NCBI GenBank assembly: GCA_032718475.1
Contig: JAUCBJ010004144.1
Coordinates: 62,001-126,000 of the forward strand
Direction of reading: 5' to 3'
DNA: 64,000 nt
From: Nemertoderma westbladi
Taxonomy: Eukaryota; Animalia; Xenacoelomorpha
A model generated the notes under the pieces. That model saw only the letters and a list, made by a program, of their open reading frames with translations, ran no database searches and had not been told where the DNA came from. The position numbers and the translations under genes are program-made. Of the stretch, positions 48,971 to 61,033 are shown piece by piece. Positions within the stretch are counted from its first letter, which is position 1, and each line of letters begins with the position of its first letter.

Positions 48971-51471
48971 GGAGACCTGTCAGACCAACAGACTTACGTG
49001 ACTACTAGGTCCGGAAGGGTAAGTTATGACATAAAACCACCCTTACAGACTAGACGACGGTCACAATTAGTGAGTGACGGACAGAAAATGACCGACACAA
49101 TGGAGCCTTTGGTTTCCAAACCTGCGGGTTTGGATTCAAAACTTCCATTAGTTAGCGGACAACCGTCGCTGGCATTAGAGTCATGCAGTATTTATGACAA
49201 ATTACTAAATTCGTCTGCCTCTTGGCTGACAATTTGTAAAAGAACTGCGTGGTTAAGCCGATACATTTCGTACCTTTGTATAAAACATTTGGAACAATTA
49301 GGAGAACGAACGAGCACTAATAGTGAGCGAATTCAGAAATTGAAACAACCTCTGACAGAGGATGAGATTGATCGAGCGGAATTAAAGCATTTGAAGCACT
49401 ATCAAATGTGTGCCTTCCCAAAAGAATTCCATCTATTATCGGCTCAACGACCAGTTCTCTATAAACCCCTTAGAAAATGGAGTCCATTAATCCATAAGGG
49501 TTTGATTTGTCATAGATCGAGAATCCAGACTGTCGACATAAACTCACAGTTTAGGTTCCCAGTGATAATCCCTAGTCACCCAATAGAATTGCAAAGAGCG
49601 ATTCTATGGGATATACACAAGAGGTTGCATCACGCGGGAAGGTTACACTGTTTGTCGGCAGCGAGACAGCGATTCATTCTATTGCAGCCAAGCAGGGCAG
49701 TAGGCACTATGTACGACGCCTGTCTGGTTTGCAAGAGGGTGAACGCCAGAGTATTGGAACAGGAGATGGCTGAACTCCCGGAAGCGAGAGTGCAGGCATA
49801 TGACCCACCTTTTACGAACACAGGGGTGGACTGCTTTGGTCCGATTGAAGCAAAGAGTGGACGGCTGACCCACAAGCGATGGGGTCTGCTACTGACATGC
49901 ATGGCGAGTAGAGCCATACATATCGAGCGTGTGGCAGACATGTCGACCAAATCTCTGCTCCTGGCCTTAAAGAGATTTATGGCCAGGAGAGGACTAGTAA
50001 AGGCGTTCCACTCTGACAAGGGTACAAACTTTGTCGGAGGGAATAGCGAGTTGAACGCGGCTCATAAAGCGGCACAGAATAAGGAAATTTCTGCAGCACT
50101 TTTGCCGCAGAGAATAGAGTGGAGATTTAATACTCCAGAAAGTCCTTGGAGAGGAGGAAGTTGGGAGCGTTTAGTTCGTTCCATAAAACAGGCCATTGCA
50201 AAGACATTGCCTGTAAATAAACAACTTACCGACGACGAGCTGGTCACAGCTTTCATCGAAATCGAGCATACACTAAACTCGAGGCCGATAGCTATGTTGC
50301 CAGACGGCGTTGCATTAACGCCAAATCATTTGCTAATGCAGAGTCCAGCATTTCTTGTGCCGGCATCAGAACCCATTAGTGCCGACCTATATAGTCGTAA
50401 AAGCTGGAAAGTGACTCAATTTGTGGCGTACAAATTCTGGGAATATTGGCGGGAATATTATCTTCCCACCATATCCATCAGAACAAAGTGGTACAAAACG
50501 GTTCGGAGCCTCCAAAGAGGAGACTATGTATTGATAACCGAGCCGATTGTCAAGAGAAAATATTGGGAGACTGGATGGAGTGATCTTGCATATACACCAA
50601 GACGTGCAAAACATAGTGCGCACAGTCACTGTGAAAATTAGGTGCAAGTGTCTGCACCCAAAGAAGTGTAAAACTAATGGTTTACACACCTTGGACCGAC
50701 CGGTCCAAGATATCGTGTTATTAGAGGAGACACGCATCGAGACAGGAGATTATAATTTGTCTCCTGCCTCAAAACAAAATTAGTGTTGGACGCAACTCAC
50801 TTTGTATGCATTTCTCGTATGCAAATACAAGGAAATGCATAGGAGCGGGGTTGTGGTGATTTGCGTTGAGAATTTGTCTGGTGGGTATCAAGACAAAAAT
50901 TTTATTTTCAAAATTTTTGGAAAATTAAAAATTTAAAAAATTAGAGTGAACCCAAGACAATTCCAGACGCTGTGTATAGACGCGTTTTAGAATTCGTCTA
51001 TAGATATACAGTAATTTGAAAAGTCGTGAAGCCTGGAAAATAGCATTTAGAAACCATGGTGACGGCTATATTACGTAGGAGTGTAAATTGAGTTTAGCAA
51101 CTTCCACAGATTGGTGCCAACAGTACAACTAGGGTGGTAAAGGTTAGTAGCACCAGAGGCGTACGCGGACCCCACTCAGTAGTTTGCAGTGAAGTGTGAT
51201 GTTCGATTATCAAACCTGTGTGTTTGGTATAAGTCGAGCCTTTCTAACTACTGTAGTTTTAGTACGAGTAATGGGAATAGTTTGGGCATCAAAAAGTGAG
51301 TTGGTCACGGCCAGTTTATCTCCAAAGTTTTTGCGCTATGCATGGGAATAGGTTAGAGGATAGTTAGTTAGGAAGAGACGGGATCTAGAGAGTCGAACCT
51401 GAACTGCTGGAAGGCGGCCGGGTAGCTCGGGAAGTTTGTCCCTCCGCATCATCTAACTGATTTATCCACAG

Positions 51472-51883
51472 TGTAATTGGTTTGCGTAACGGACTATTGG
51501 AATATATGTATTTGCGGCACGATGAACCGCTACCTGCCGTCCGAGATCAATTCGACGGAATGCATCTGCACCGGAGGACTCGAGGCGAGGATCAGGAGAC
51601 GCCGAAAATCTTCAGCGTGTACAAGTTGTTTTACAAGTGTGGTGAATGCATGAACAAACAAGACGTGGCGATTCCCGACCGACTAGACGAGCAACATCCA
51701 GAACCGATATTAACGCGATGTCCAGCTCACCAGTTCCTTAGATACAATGAGGGAGGTTACCCAATGAGCAACCCGATGATCAGTATCGACTTTAGCGGAA
51801 AGCAACCTCCGAGACCCATTACGCCGACCGTTACGACTTTAAATCCATATACGGAGATTAAACCTGTTCGACACCCAGTTTGA
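51472..51883 (+). CDS. Putative spliced accessory exon downstream of pol (CxxC...CxxH motif); second copy at 59149-59551
   Basis: Branch-point-like CTAAC plus TTTATCCACAG acceptor ending at 51471. The frame is open from the acceptor; CGEC...CPAH; open in both copies. Confidence 0.5.
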
Positions 51884-53395
51884 TAGAGACGGCAGCGGCC
51901 ATTTTGCTATACCGAGCCTACAAGGACCTAGAGGCGCGGCGCAAAGCGGCACGGGACTCGAGTTCCTGGACCACGTTCACTTCGCTTCACCAGGAGAGGA
52001 AACTCACGCCTGAGTATCCAGACGAGATTCGCCCCATCCATCCGTCTACTAACTATACCCACGATTCGCGATTTATACGGTATTTTATTTCAAATTATTT
52101 CGGGAAGTTTCGACGAACGCCTTATTAAGCCCGAATATGCCCAATCCTTTATATATCATTGTCGCTCTGATATATACGTCTAGATTTATTACCCAGCGCA
52201 CAATTGGCGGCCTAAGGAGACTCGTTTGGGGTCATTGACCTCTGAACGAGCGGAGGATCAGGACCGCCGCGCCCACAGCGACAACAGCCGGAGCTCACAG
52301 CTCGCGGAAAGTACCAGAAGGAGGAGTCCTTGGCAAGCGTCAAGCCAAGGACGAGCAGTTTTATTCTATAGTTGAAGAAAGAGGAGTTGGCGGAGGCGCC
52401 CACAGGGACACGGCAAATAGGACGAGGCCGATGGAGGAGCACCAGTCGGGAGATAGTCGGTGCCCAGGGAACGTCGTCGCCGGTTCCGGGAAGTGACGCC
52501 TCAAGGACGCCGTCAACAGAGTCTACAGGGGGTAGACTGGTGTATCTGGGGAGGGGACAAACGAGAGGAGCGAGCCCGAGAGACCCAGGAGCTAGCCGAT
52601 GAGACTATAATATCACGGAGCGACAAACTCTAGACATATACATCATCGTCGCTCTGATGTATATCATAGGTTTTGATCAATCATTCGACTGGACTCATAC
52701 ACTAGTCGTATCCATGTTTTAGAATTTTATTGAAAGGAAATACTTTTACTTTATATTCCGTTGGAAATAGTAAATACTTTATACTATATTGATTTTGTGT
52801 ATATGACTTTATTTGCTCTAAAGTTTATTGAAAGAGGCAAAGGAGGTGATTGGGGAGACAAACCCGCGGGTTTGGCTTACTCCTTTCACTTACCCGAGCA
52901 ATCATCAAACCAAGATGATTTGCGTTTTATAAGAAATTAAGTAAAGTCCGAAAATGAAAGAAATTATTACGTATTTTATATTTAGTTTGATTATCGGCCT
53001 TTAATGCAATTTAGTTAAAAATTTAGCCTCAAATACGTTTATATTTAGTTTATTTTGTTAATGTTGATCGTTAATTTGAGATGGGAAATGGGGGACATTG
53101 TCCTAGCCATGTTCCATTTTAATAGGTAGACCGTCAATTTGTAAATAAATGAAAGTAATATATTTGTAAATTTAATTTGTATGTAATAATCGTTAAAATT
53201 GAGAGAGATAATATTTTTGTAATTTTAATTTGTATGCAATTCATTATGCAATATCTATAGCAATATTTTGTAAATAGTAGAATTTATAGTAGCAAGTTAT
53301 TTAGTTTATTTGAAAGAAATTTATTTTGTTTGTATACATCACCTTATACTCTTCTACAATTGGAGGGAAACATTGTATGATTTCCCTTGGAGCGG

Positions 53396-53898
53396 TGTTA
53401 CGGTATATGGCGCTGTATCCACATTATTAGCCATCATACAGTATAATATGTTTGTTATTGTGCACTGTGCAGTACAATTATTTAGATAAGGCATAGTGCG
53501 GTGACATTTAGATAAGGGAGTTAAAACGCCCATATATTTTGAATTCATCCATTTTGTATAGTATGTAGCCCTATCTATGTAATTTTGTATTAGGATATAG
53601 GTAGATAGTCCCAGGGTAGCAAGTTTCTTGTTGGACCCTGGATACGGGCTTGCTGTTATTAGCCTCGACATGGCTAGCATCCAGGAACGCAATCCTAACC
53701 ATTCAGCAGCCAGGGACGTGATCCATTACCATATATGGTAATAATTTGCGATTTTGGGAGCCTGAGGTTCACAATCCGGCTTCCTTATTGGCCCAGCTGT
53801 TCCAGGTTGGTCTGATGGTGGGGCGGATTGGGGAGCCAATGAGAGAAATATTGCGTCATCCCTGTTGCATCACCTATAAATTGGCTGTATTTCCGGTA
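53396..53898 (+). mobile_element. Truncated internal LTR of element C (U3 part only)
   Basis: TGTTACGG start after GGAGCGG. Matches the 5' LTR until CCGGTAT, about 20 nt after TATAAA (53875-53880), then jumps into pol. Confidence 0.95.
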
Positions 53899-53903
53899 TT
53901 TCT

Positions 53904-56900
53904 ATGTTGATTGGTGCAGAACAGCTGATCGCACACCAAATATGGGAAACGAGACCAGCTGAGCCGCATGTAAATGGACCACATGCCCATAGGACTATAT
54001 TAGGTTGGTATACAAGAGTACCCATGTCTTATGAGTTTACAGGTGGCGACGAGCCAAAAGATAGATACGACGGATTACAGCCTATAACTGAACCACTGTT
54101 AGTAGAACCACCAGACATAGACGAGTTTAGGAGAACCTGTATTGACCATTATAGTGACGTTAGCGAGTCGGACGAGGAGTTGATTCCCGATAATGTTAGG
54201 TTGTCGGAACCACTTCACAATGACCGGACAGATAGTGAACCCGAGGACTACTGTTATCAGACCCGTGGGTCTGGTTCAGCGGCCCACGCTACCTATTTGA
54301 GTAACGTTTTGACTTATACCGACATAGTGGAGGGTCAAGTGGCTAAATATCGAGACCTAGACATTTTCCAATACAGTGAAGAGGAGCTACAGAAGGAATT
54401 GATACGCCAGGACCTTGAGACAGGAGCTAGAACCGTCGAATGGCTGGATAGGGACGCAATGGAACCTGGTGGATATGACCTAGCCATGTCCACGGACGAG
54501 AAACGGTCGCTGGAGATGATGGAAGATACCATACATTTGCTACCGACTGGACATTTTGAAGTTGGAATGTTGTGGCGTCGACAACCACCTAAGTTGGAGA
54601 ACAACTACAGCTTAGCCTTGAAAAGATTAAACGGAGTAAGGGCTCGGTTGTTAAAGAATCCGGACATTAGGGAGAAGTATTGCGCCCAGATCAACAACTA
54701 TTTCGCCAAGGGATTTGCTGGGAAGGTAGAGGACCCTGACTTAGTAACGGACCAGACTTACTATCTCCCATACCACTATGTGACTCACCCTGACAAGCCT
54801 GACAAAGTCCAAGTAGTCAACGACTGCGCAGCAGTCTATAGAGGTATGTCCCTGAATTCAGAGTTGATGGATGGTCCCAACCTGAATAACTATTTGATTG
54901 GAATACTGTTACGTTTTAGACAGTGGCGATTCGCATTTACTTGTGACATCGAGGCGATGTTCCACCAGGTAAGAGCCTGTAAGGCAGACCAGGATAGCCT
55001 TCGCTTTCTCTGGTATGAGAATGAAGACTTATCCGGCCCAGTGGTTACATACCAGATGTACGTTAGGATATTTGGCGCCCGCGATAGTCCAAATGGCACG
55101 CTGTTTGTTCTAAAGAAAACGGCAATAGCCCAGATTGGTAAGTACCCAGTAGAGGTTATCGAGTCCATCTTGAGAAACTTCTATATGGACGACGGATTGG
55201 TGTCCAAGGACACAGCGGAACAAGCCATAGAAGTGGCTCACGGCCTACAGGAGTGCTTGGCTACAGGGGGTTTTCCTCTGACCAAGTTCACTACAAACTC
55301 GGAGGCCTTATTAGAGTCGTTCCCGGTGAAAGACCGCGGGAGCGGAGACATAGAATTGGGGGTAGAACCAATTCCCATGGCGCGAGTACTGGGACTCGCT
55401 TGGAATCCGAACACGGACAAGTTCCAGGTAAGAGTTACTACTACTAGGATCGGCATGCTGCATTGCAGCTGCATTTTTAAGAATGCTGTGCCGGCTTGTC
55501 AACAAAATTCCACCGCCACAACTCCCTATCACCCATGACATTTGCTAGATCATCCGCATCTTTAAGGCCAGTGTCCTTTAAGATGCATCTCAAGAAAGTC
55601 ATGGGCTGTCCACCATGCTTATTCTCTCCATGAGGCTGCCAAAGTACAAGATTATGCACTGGCTGGTCCTCACGGCGAAAGCAATGTCCTGTAAAGCGGA
55701 GGCGATTTTGTTCTAGTGTCAGCCCAGACACTAGAAGTTAGGTTTGAGCCCAGTAGCCCAGACAAAGTTTTGACAAAGAGAATTTGCTTATCGACTTTAA
55801 GTAGACTATTTGACCCGATGAACTTTATCAGTCTGGTAATATTACAGGCACGAGCTTGCATGAGGAAAATTTGGTTGTCCAACCTAGAGTGGGACGAACC
55901 AATATCTCCTATACATGGAAAGCAGTGGAGAGAGTGGGAAGCCGAGTTGCATCTATTGAAAAATATAGATGTACCCCGATCCTACTTTCCGAATCAGCTG
56001 GTATTCCCAGCTGATTTAGAGCTCCATTTATTTAGTGACGCAAGTGACACCGGCTTTGGTATGGTAGCCTACCTTCGCCGAGAGGTAAGTCAGGATAAAT
56101 TTGAGACGGCCTTTGTGACTTCTAGATCAAAGACAATGCCGGTCAAATACATGACTGTCCCTCGTGCAGAGTTACAGGCGGCAGTAATTTCAGTCGAGGT
56201 AAGTAAGCAGATAATTGAGGAGTTAGACACGACGTTGACCTTATTCTATTGGACGGACGCATCCTTAGTGTTAGTATACATTGCAGCCGACAATATTGCA
56301 CTAAAGACATTTGTGGCCAACAGACGCGCTCAGATCGTCGACTTTTCGACGAAGGAACAATGGAGACATTGTCCGGGAGTGTTAAACCCGGCCGACATAA
56401 CTTCGAGAGGTGCAATGCCGGCGGAATTCTGTCAGGAAGAGTCGCAGGAGTTTTGGTTGCATGGACCTGATTTTCTAACGAGGACACAGGAACATTGGCC
56501 AGAGCGACTAAAGATAGTGACCAATCCGATGCCTGAAGATGCAGAAGTCAAGGTGGAGAAAGTCTCTAAGTCAAAGTCTACAGCCAATCTCAAGTCATTG
56601 GAGCGGCCTGAAGAGTCATTGGAGCGGCCTGAAGAGTCATTGGAGCGGCCCGGAGACCTGTCAGACCAACAGACTTACGTGACTACTAGGTCCGGAAGGG
56701 TAAGTTATGACATAAAACCACCCTTACTGACTAGACGACGGTCACAATTAGTGAGTGACGGACAGAAAATGACCGACACAATGGAGCCTTTGGTTTCCAA
56801 ACCTGCGGGTTTGGATTCGAAACTTCCATTAGTTAGCGGACAACCGTCGCTGGCATTAGAGTCATGCAGTATTTATGACAAATTACTAAATTTGTCTGCC

Positions 56901-58460
56901 TCTTGGCTGACAATTTGTAAAAGAACTGCGTGGTTAAGCCGATACATTTCGTACCTTTGTATAAAACATTTGGAACAATTAGGAGAACGAACGAGCACTA
57001 ATAGTGAGCGAATTCAGAAATTGAAACAACCTCTGACAGAGGATGAGATTGATCGAGCGGAATTAAAGCATTTGAAGCACTATCAAATGTGTGCCTTCCC
57101 AAAAGAATTCCATCTATTATCGGCTCAACGACCAGTTCTCTATAAACCCCTTAGAAAATGGAGTCCATTAATCCATAAGGGTTTGATTTGTCATAGATCG
57201 AGAATCCAGACTGTCGACATAAACTCACAGTTTAGGTTCCCAGTGATAATCCCTAGTCACCCAATAGAATTGCAAAGAGCGATTCTATGGGATATACACA
57301 AGAGGTTGCATCACGCGGGAAGGTTACACTGTTTGTCGGCAGCGAGACAGCGATTCATTCTATTGCAGCCAAGCAGGGCAGTAGGCACTATGTACGATGC
57401 CTGTCTGGTTTGCAAGAGGGTGAACGCTAGAGTATTGGAACAGGATATGGCTGAACTCCCGGAAGCGAGAGTGCAGGCATATGACCCACCTTTTACGAAC
57501 ACAGGGGTGGACTGCTTTGGTCCGATTGAAGCAAAGAGTGGACGGCTGACCCACAAGCGATGGGGTCTGCTACTGACATGCATGGCGAGTAGAGCCATAC
57601 ATATCGAGCGTGTGGCAGACATGTCGACCAAATCTCTGCCCCTGGCCTTAAAGAGATTTATGGCCAGGAGAGGACTAGTAAAGGCGTTCTACTCTGACAA
57701 GGGTACAAACTTTGTCGGAGGGAATAGCGAGTTGAACGCGGCTCATAAAGCGGCACAGAATAAGGAAATTTCTGCAGCACTTTTGCCGCAGAGAATAGAG
57801 TGGAGATTTAATACTCCAGAAAGTCCTTGGAGAGGAGGAAGTTGGGAGCGTTTAGTTCGTTCCATAAAACAGGCCATTGCAAAGACATTGCCTGTAAATA
57901 AACAACTTACCGACGACGAGCTGGTCACAGCTTTCATCGAAATCGAGCATACACTAAACTCGAGGCCGATAGCTATGTTGCCAGACGGCGTTGCATTAAC
58001 GCCGAATCATTTGCTAATGCAGAGTCCAGCATTTCTTGTGCCGGCATCAGAACCCATTAGTGCCGACCTATATAGTCGTAAAAGCTGGAAAGTGACTCAA
58101 TTTGTGGCGTACAAATTCTGGGAATATTGGCGGGAATATTATCTTCCCACCATATCCATCAGAACAAAGTGGTACAAAACGGTTCGGAGCCTCCAAAGAG
58201 GAGACTATGTATTGATAACCGAGCCGATTGTCAAGAGAAAATATTGGGAGACTGGAGTGATCTTGCATATACACCCAGACGTGCAAAACATAGTGCGCAC
58301 AGTCACTGTGAAAATTAGGTGCAAGTGTTCGCACCCAAAGAAGTGTAAAACTAATGGTTTACACACCTTGGACCGACCGGTCCAAGATATCGTGTTATTA
58401 GAGGAGACACGCATCGAGACAGGAGATTATAATTTGTCTCCTGCCTCAAAACAAAATTAG
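53904..58460 (+). pseudogene. pol: Element C pol, copy 2 (RT split by the RTE fragment; RNase H-integrase ORF intact)
   Basis: ORFs 53904-55538 and 55716-58460 (914 aa, ending DRPVQDIVLLEE). Confidence 0.95.
55438..55735 (-). mobile_element. Duplicated RTE/RTEX-like LINE 3' fragment
   Basis: Same junctions and ORF as 47757-48054. Confidence 0.88.
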
Positions 58461-61033
58461 TGTTGGACGCAACTCACTTTGTATGCATTCCTCGTATGCA
58501 AATACAAGGAAATGCATAGGAGCGGGGTTGTGGTGATTTGCGTTGAGAATTTGTCTGGTGGGTATCAAGACAAAAATTTTATTTTCAAAATTTTTGGAAA
58601 ATTAAAAATTTAAAAAATTAGAGTGAACCCAAGACAATTCCAGACGCTGTGTATAGACGCGTTTTAGAATTCGTCTATAGATATACAGTAATTTGAAAAG
58701 TCGTGAAGCCTGGAAAATAGCATTTAGAAACCATGGTGACGGCTATATTACTTAGGAGTGTAAATTGAGTTTAGCAACTTCCACAGATTGGTGCCAACAG
58801 TACAACTAGGGTGCTAAAGGTTAGTAGCACCAGAGGCGTACGCGGACCCCACTCAGTAGTTTGCAGTGAAGTGTGATGTTCGATTATCAAACCTGTGTGT
58901 TTGGTATAAGTCGAGCCTTTCTAACTACTGTAGTTTTAGTACGAGTAATGGGAGTAGTTTGGGCATCAAAAAGTGAGTTGGTCACGGCCAGTTTATCTCC
59001 AAAGTTTTTGCGCTATGCATGGGAATAGGTTAGAGGATAGTTAGTTAGGAAGAGACGGGATCTAGAGAGTCGAACCTGAACTGCTGGAAGGCGGCCGGGT
59101 AGCTCGGGAAGTTTGTCCCTCCGCATCATCTAACTGATTTATCCACAGTTTGCGTAACGGACTATTGGAATATATGTATTTGCGGCACGATGAACCGCTA
59201 CCTGCCTTCCGAGATCAATTCGACGGAATGCATCTGCACCGGAGGACTCGAGGCGAGGATCAGGAGACGCCGGAAATCATCAGCGTGTACAAGTTGTTTT
59301 ACAAGTGTGGTGAATGCATGAACAAACAAGACGTGGCGATTCCCGACCGACTAGACGAGCAACATCCAGAACCGATATTAACGCGATGTCCAGCTCACCA
59401 GTTCCTTAGATACAATGAGGGAGGTTACCCAATGAGCAACCCGATGATCAGTATCGACTTTAGCGGAAAGCGACCTCCGAGACCCATTACGCCGACCGTT
59501 ACGACTTTAGATCCATATACGGAGATTAAACCTGTTCGACACCCAGTTTGATAGAGACGGCAGCGGCCATTTTGCTATACCGAGCCTACAAGGACCTAGA
59601 GGCGCGGCGCGAAGCGGCACGGGACTCGAGTTCCTGGACCACGTTCACTTCGCTTCACCAGGAGAGGAAACTCACGCCTGAGTATCCAGACGAGATTCGC
59701 CCCATCCATCCGTCTACTAACTATACCCACGATTCGCGATTTATACGGTATTTTATTTCAAATTATTTCGGGAAGTTTCGACGAACGCCTTATTAAGCCC
59801 GAATATGCCCAATCCTTTATATATCATTGTCGCTCTGATATATACGTCTAGATTTATTACCCAGCGCACAATTGGCGGCCTAAGGAGACTCGTTTGGGGT
59901 CATTGACCTCTGAACGAGCGGAGGATCAGGAGGCTCACAGCTCGCGGAAAGTACCAGAAGGAGGAGTCATTGGCAAGCGTCAAGCCAAGGACGAGCAGTT
60001 TTATTCTATAGTTGAAGAAAGAGGAGTTGGCGGAGGCGCCCACAGGGACACGGCAAATAGGACGAGGCCGATGGAGGAGCACCAGTCGGGAGATAGTCGG
60101 TGCCTAGGGAACGTCGTCGCCGGTTCCGGGAAGTGACGCCTCAAGGATGCCGTCAACAGAGTCTACAGGGGGTAGACTGGTGTATCTGGGGAGGGGACAA
60201 ACGAGAGGAGCGAGCCCGAGAGACCCAGGAGCTAGCCGATGAGACTATAATATCACGGAGCGACAAACTCTAGACATATACATCATCGTCGCTCTGATGT
60301 ATATCATAGGTTTTGATCAATCATTCGACTGGACTCATACACTAGTCGTATCCATGTTTTAGAATTTTATTGAAAGGAAATACTTTTACTTTATATTCCG
60401 TTGGAAATAGTAAATACTTTATACTATATTGATTTTGTGTATATGACTTTATTTGCTCTAAAGTTTATTGAAAGAGGCAAAGGAGGTGATTGGGGAGACA
60501 AACCCGCGGGTTTGGCTTACTCCTTTCACTTACCCGAGCAATCATCAAACCAAGATGATGCGTTTTATAAGAAATTAAGTAAAGTCCGAAAATGAAAGAA
60601 ATTATTACGTATTTTATATTTAGTTTGATTATCGGCCTTTAATGCAATTTAGTTAAAAATTTAGCCTCAAATACGTTTATATTTAGTTTATTTTGTTAAT
60701 GTTGATCATTAATTTGAGATGGGAAATGGGGGACATTGTCCTAGCCATGTTCCATTTCAATAGGTAGACCGTCAATTTGTAAATAAATGAAAGTAATATA
60801 TTTGTAAATTTAATTTGTATGTAATAATCGTTAAAATTGAGAGAGATAATATTTTTGTAATTTTAATTTGTATGCAATTCATTATGCAATATCTATAGCA
60901 ATATTTTGTAAATAGTAGAATTTATAGTAGCAAGTTATTTAGTTTATTTGAAAGAAATTTATTTTGTTTGTATACATCACCTTATACTCTTCTACAATTG
61001 GAGGGAAACATTGTATGATTTCCCTTGGAGCGG

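Larger units (their letters stand above)
41060..50783 (+). pseudogene. Element C gag-pol, copy 1 (interrupted by two insertions and two frameshifts)
   Basis: ORFs 41060-42310, 43453-46322, 46343-47756 and 48055-50783. Three Cys/His knuckles; MLDTAS protease; FYMDD; FSDAS; GVDCFGP; SDKGTNFVG. Relative to copy 2 there is a 1-bp loss near 46313 and a 4-bp gain near 50575. Confidence 0.95.

Noticed and set aside
51482-52128. env gene
   Set aside because: Too short, with no signal peptide, transmembrane helix or fusion-protein pattern.
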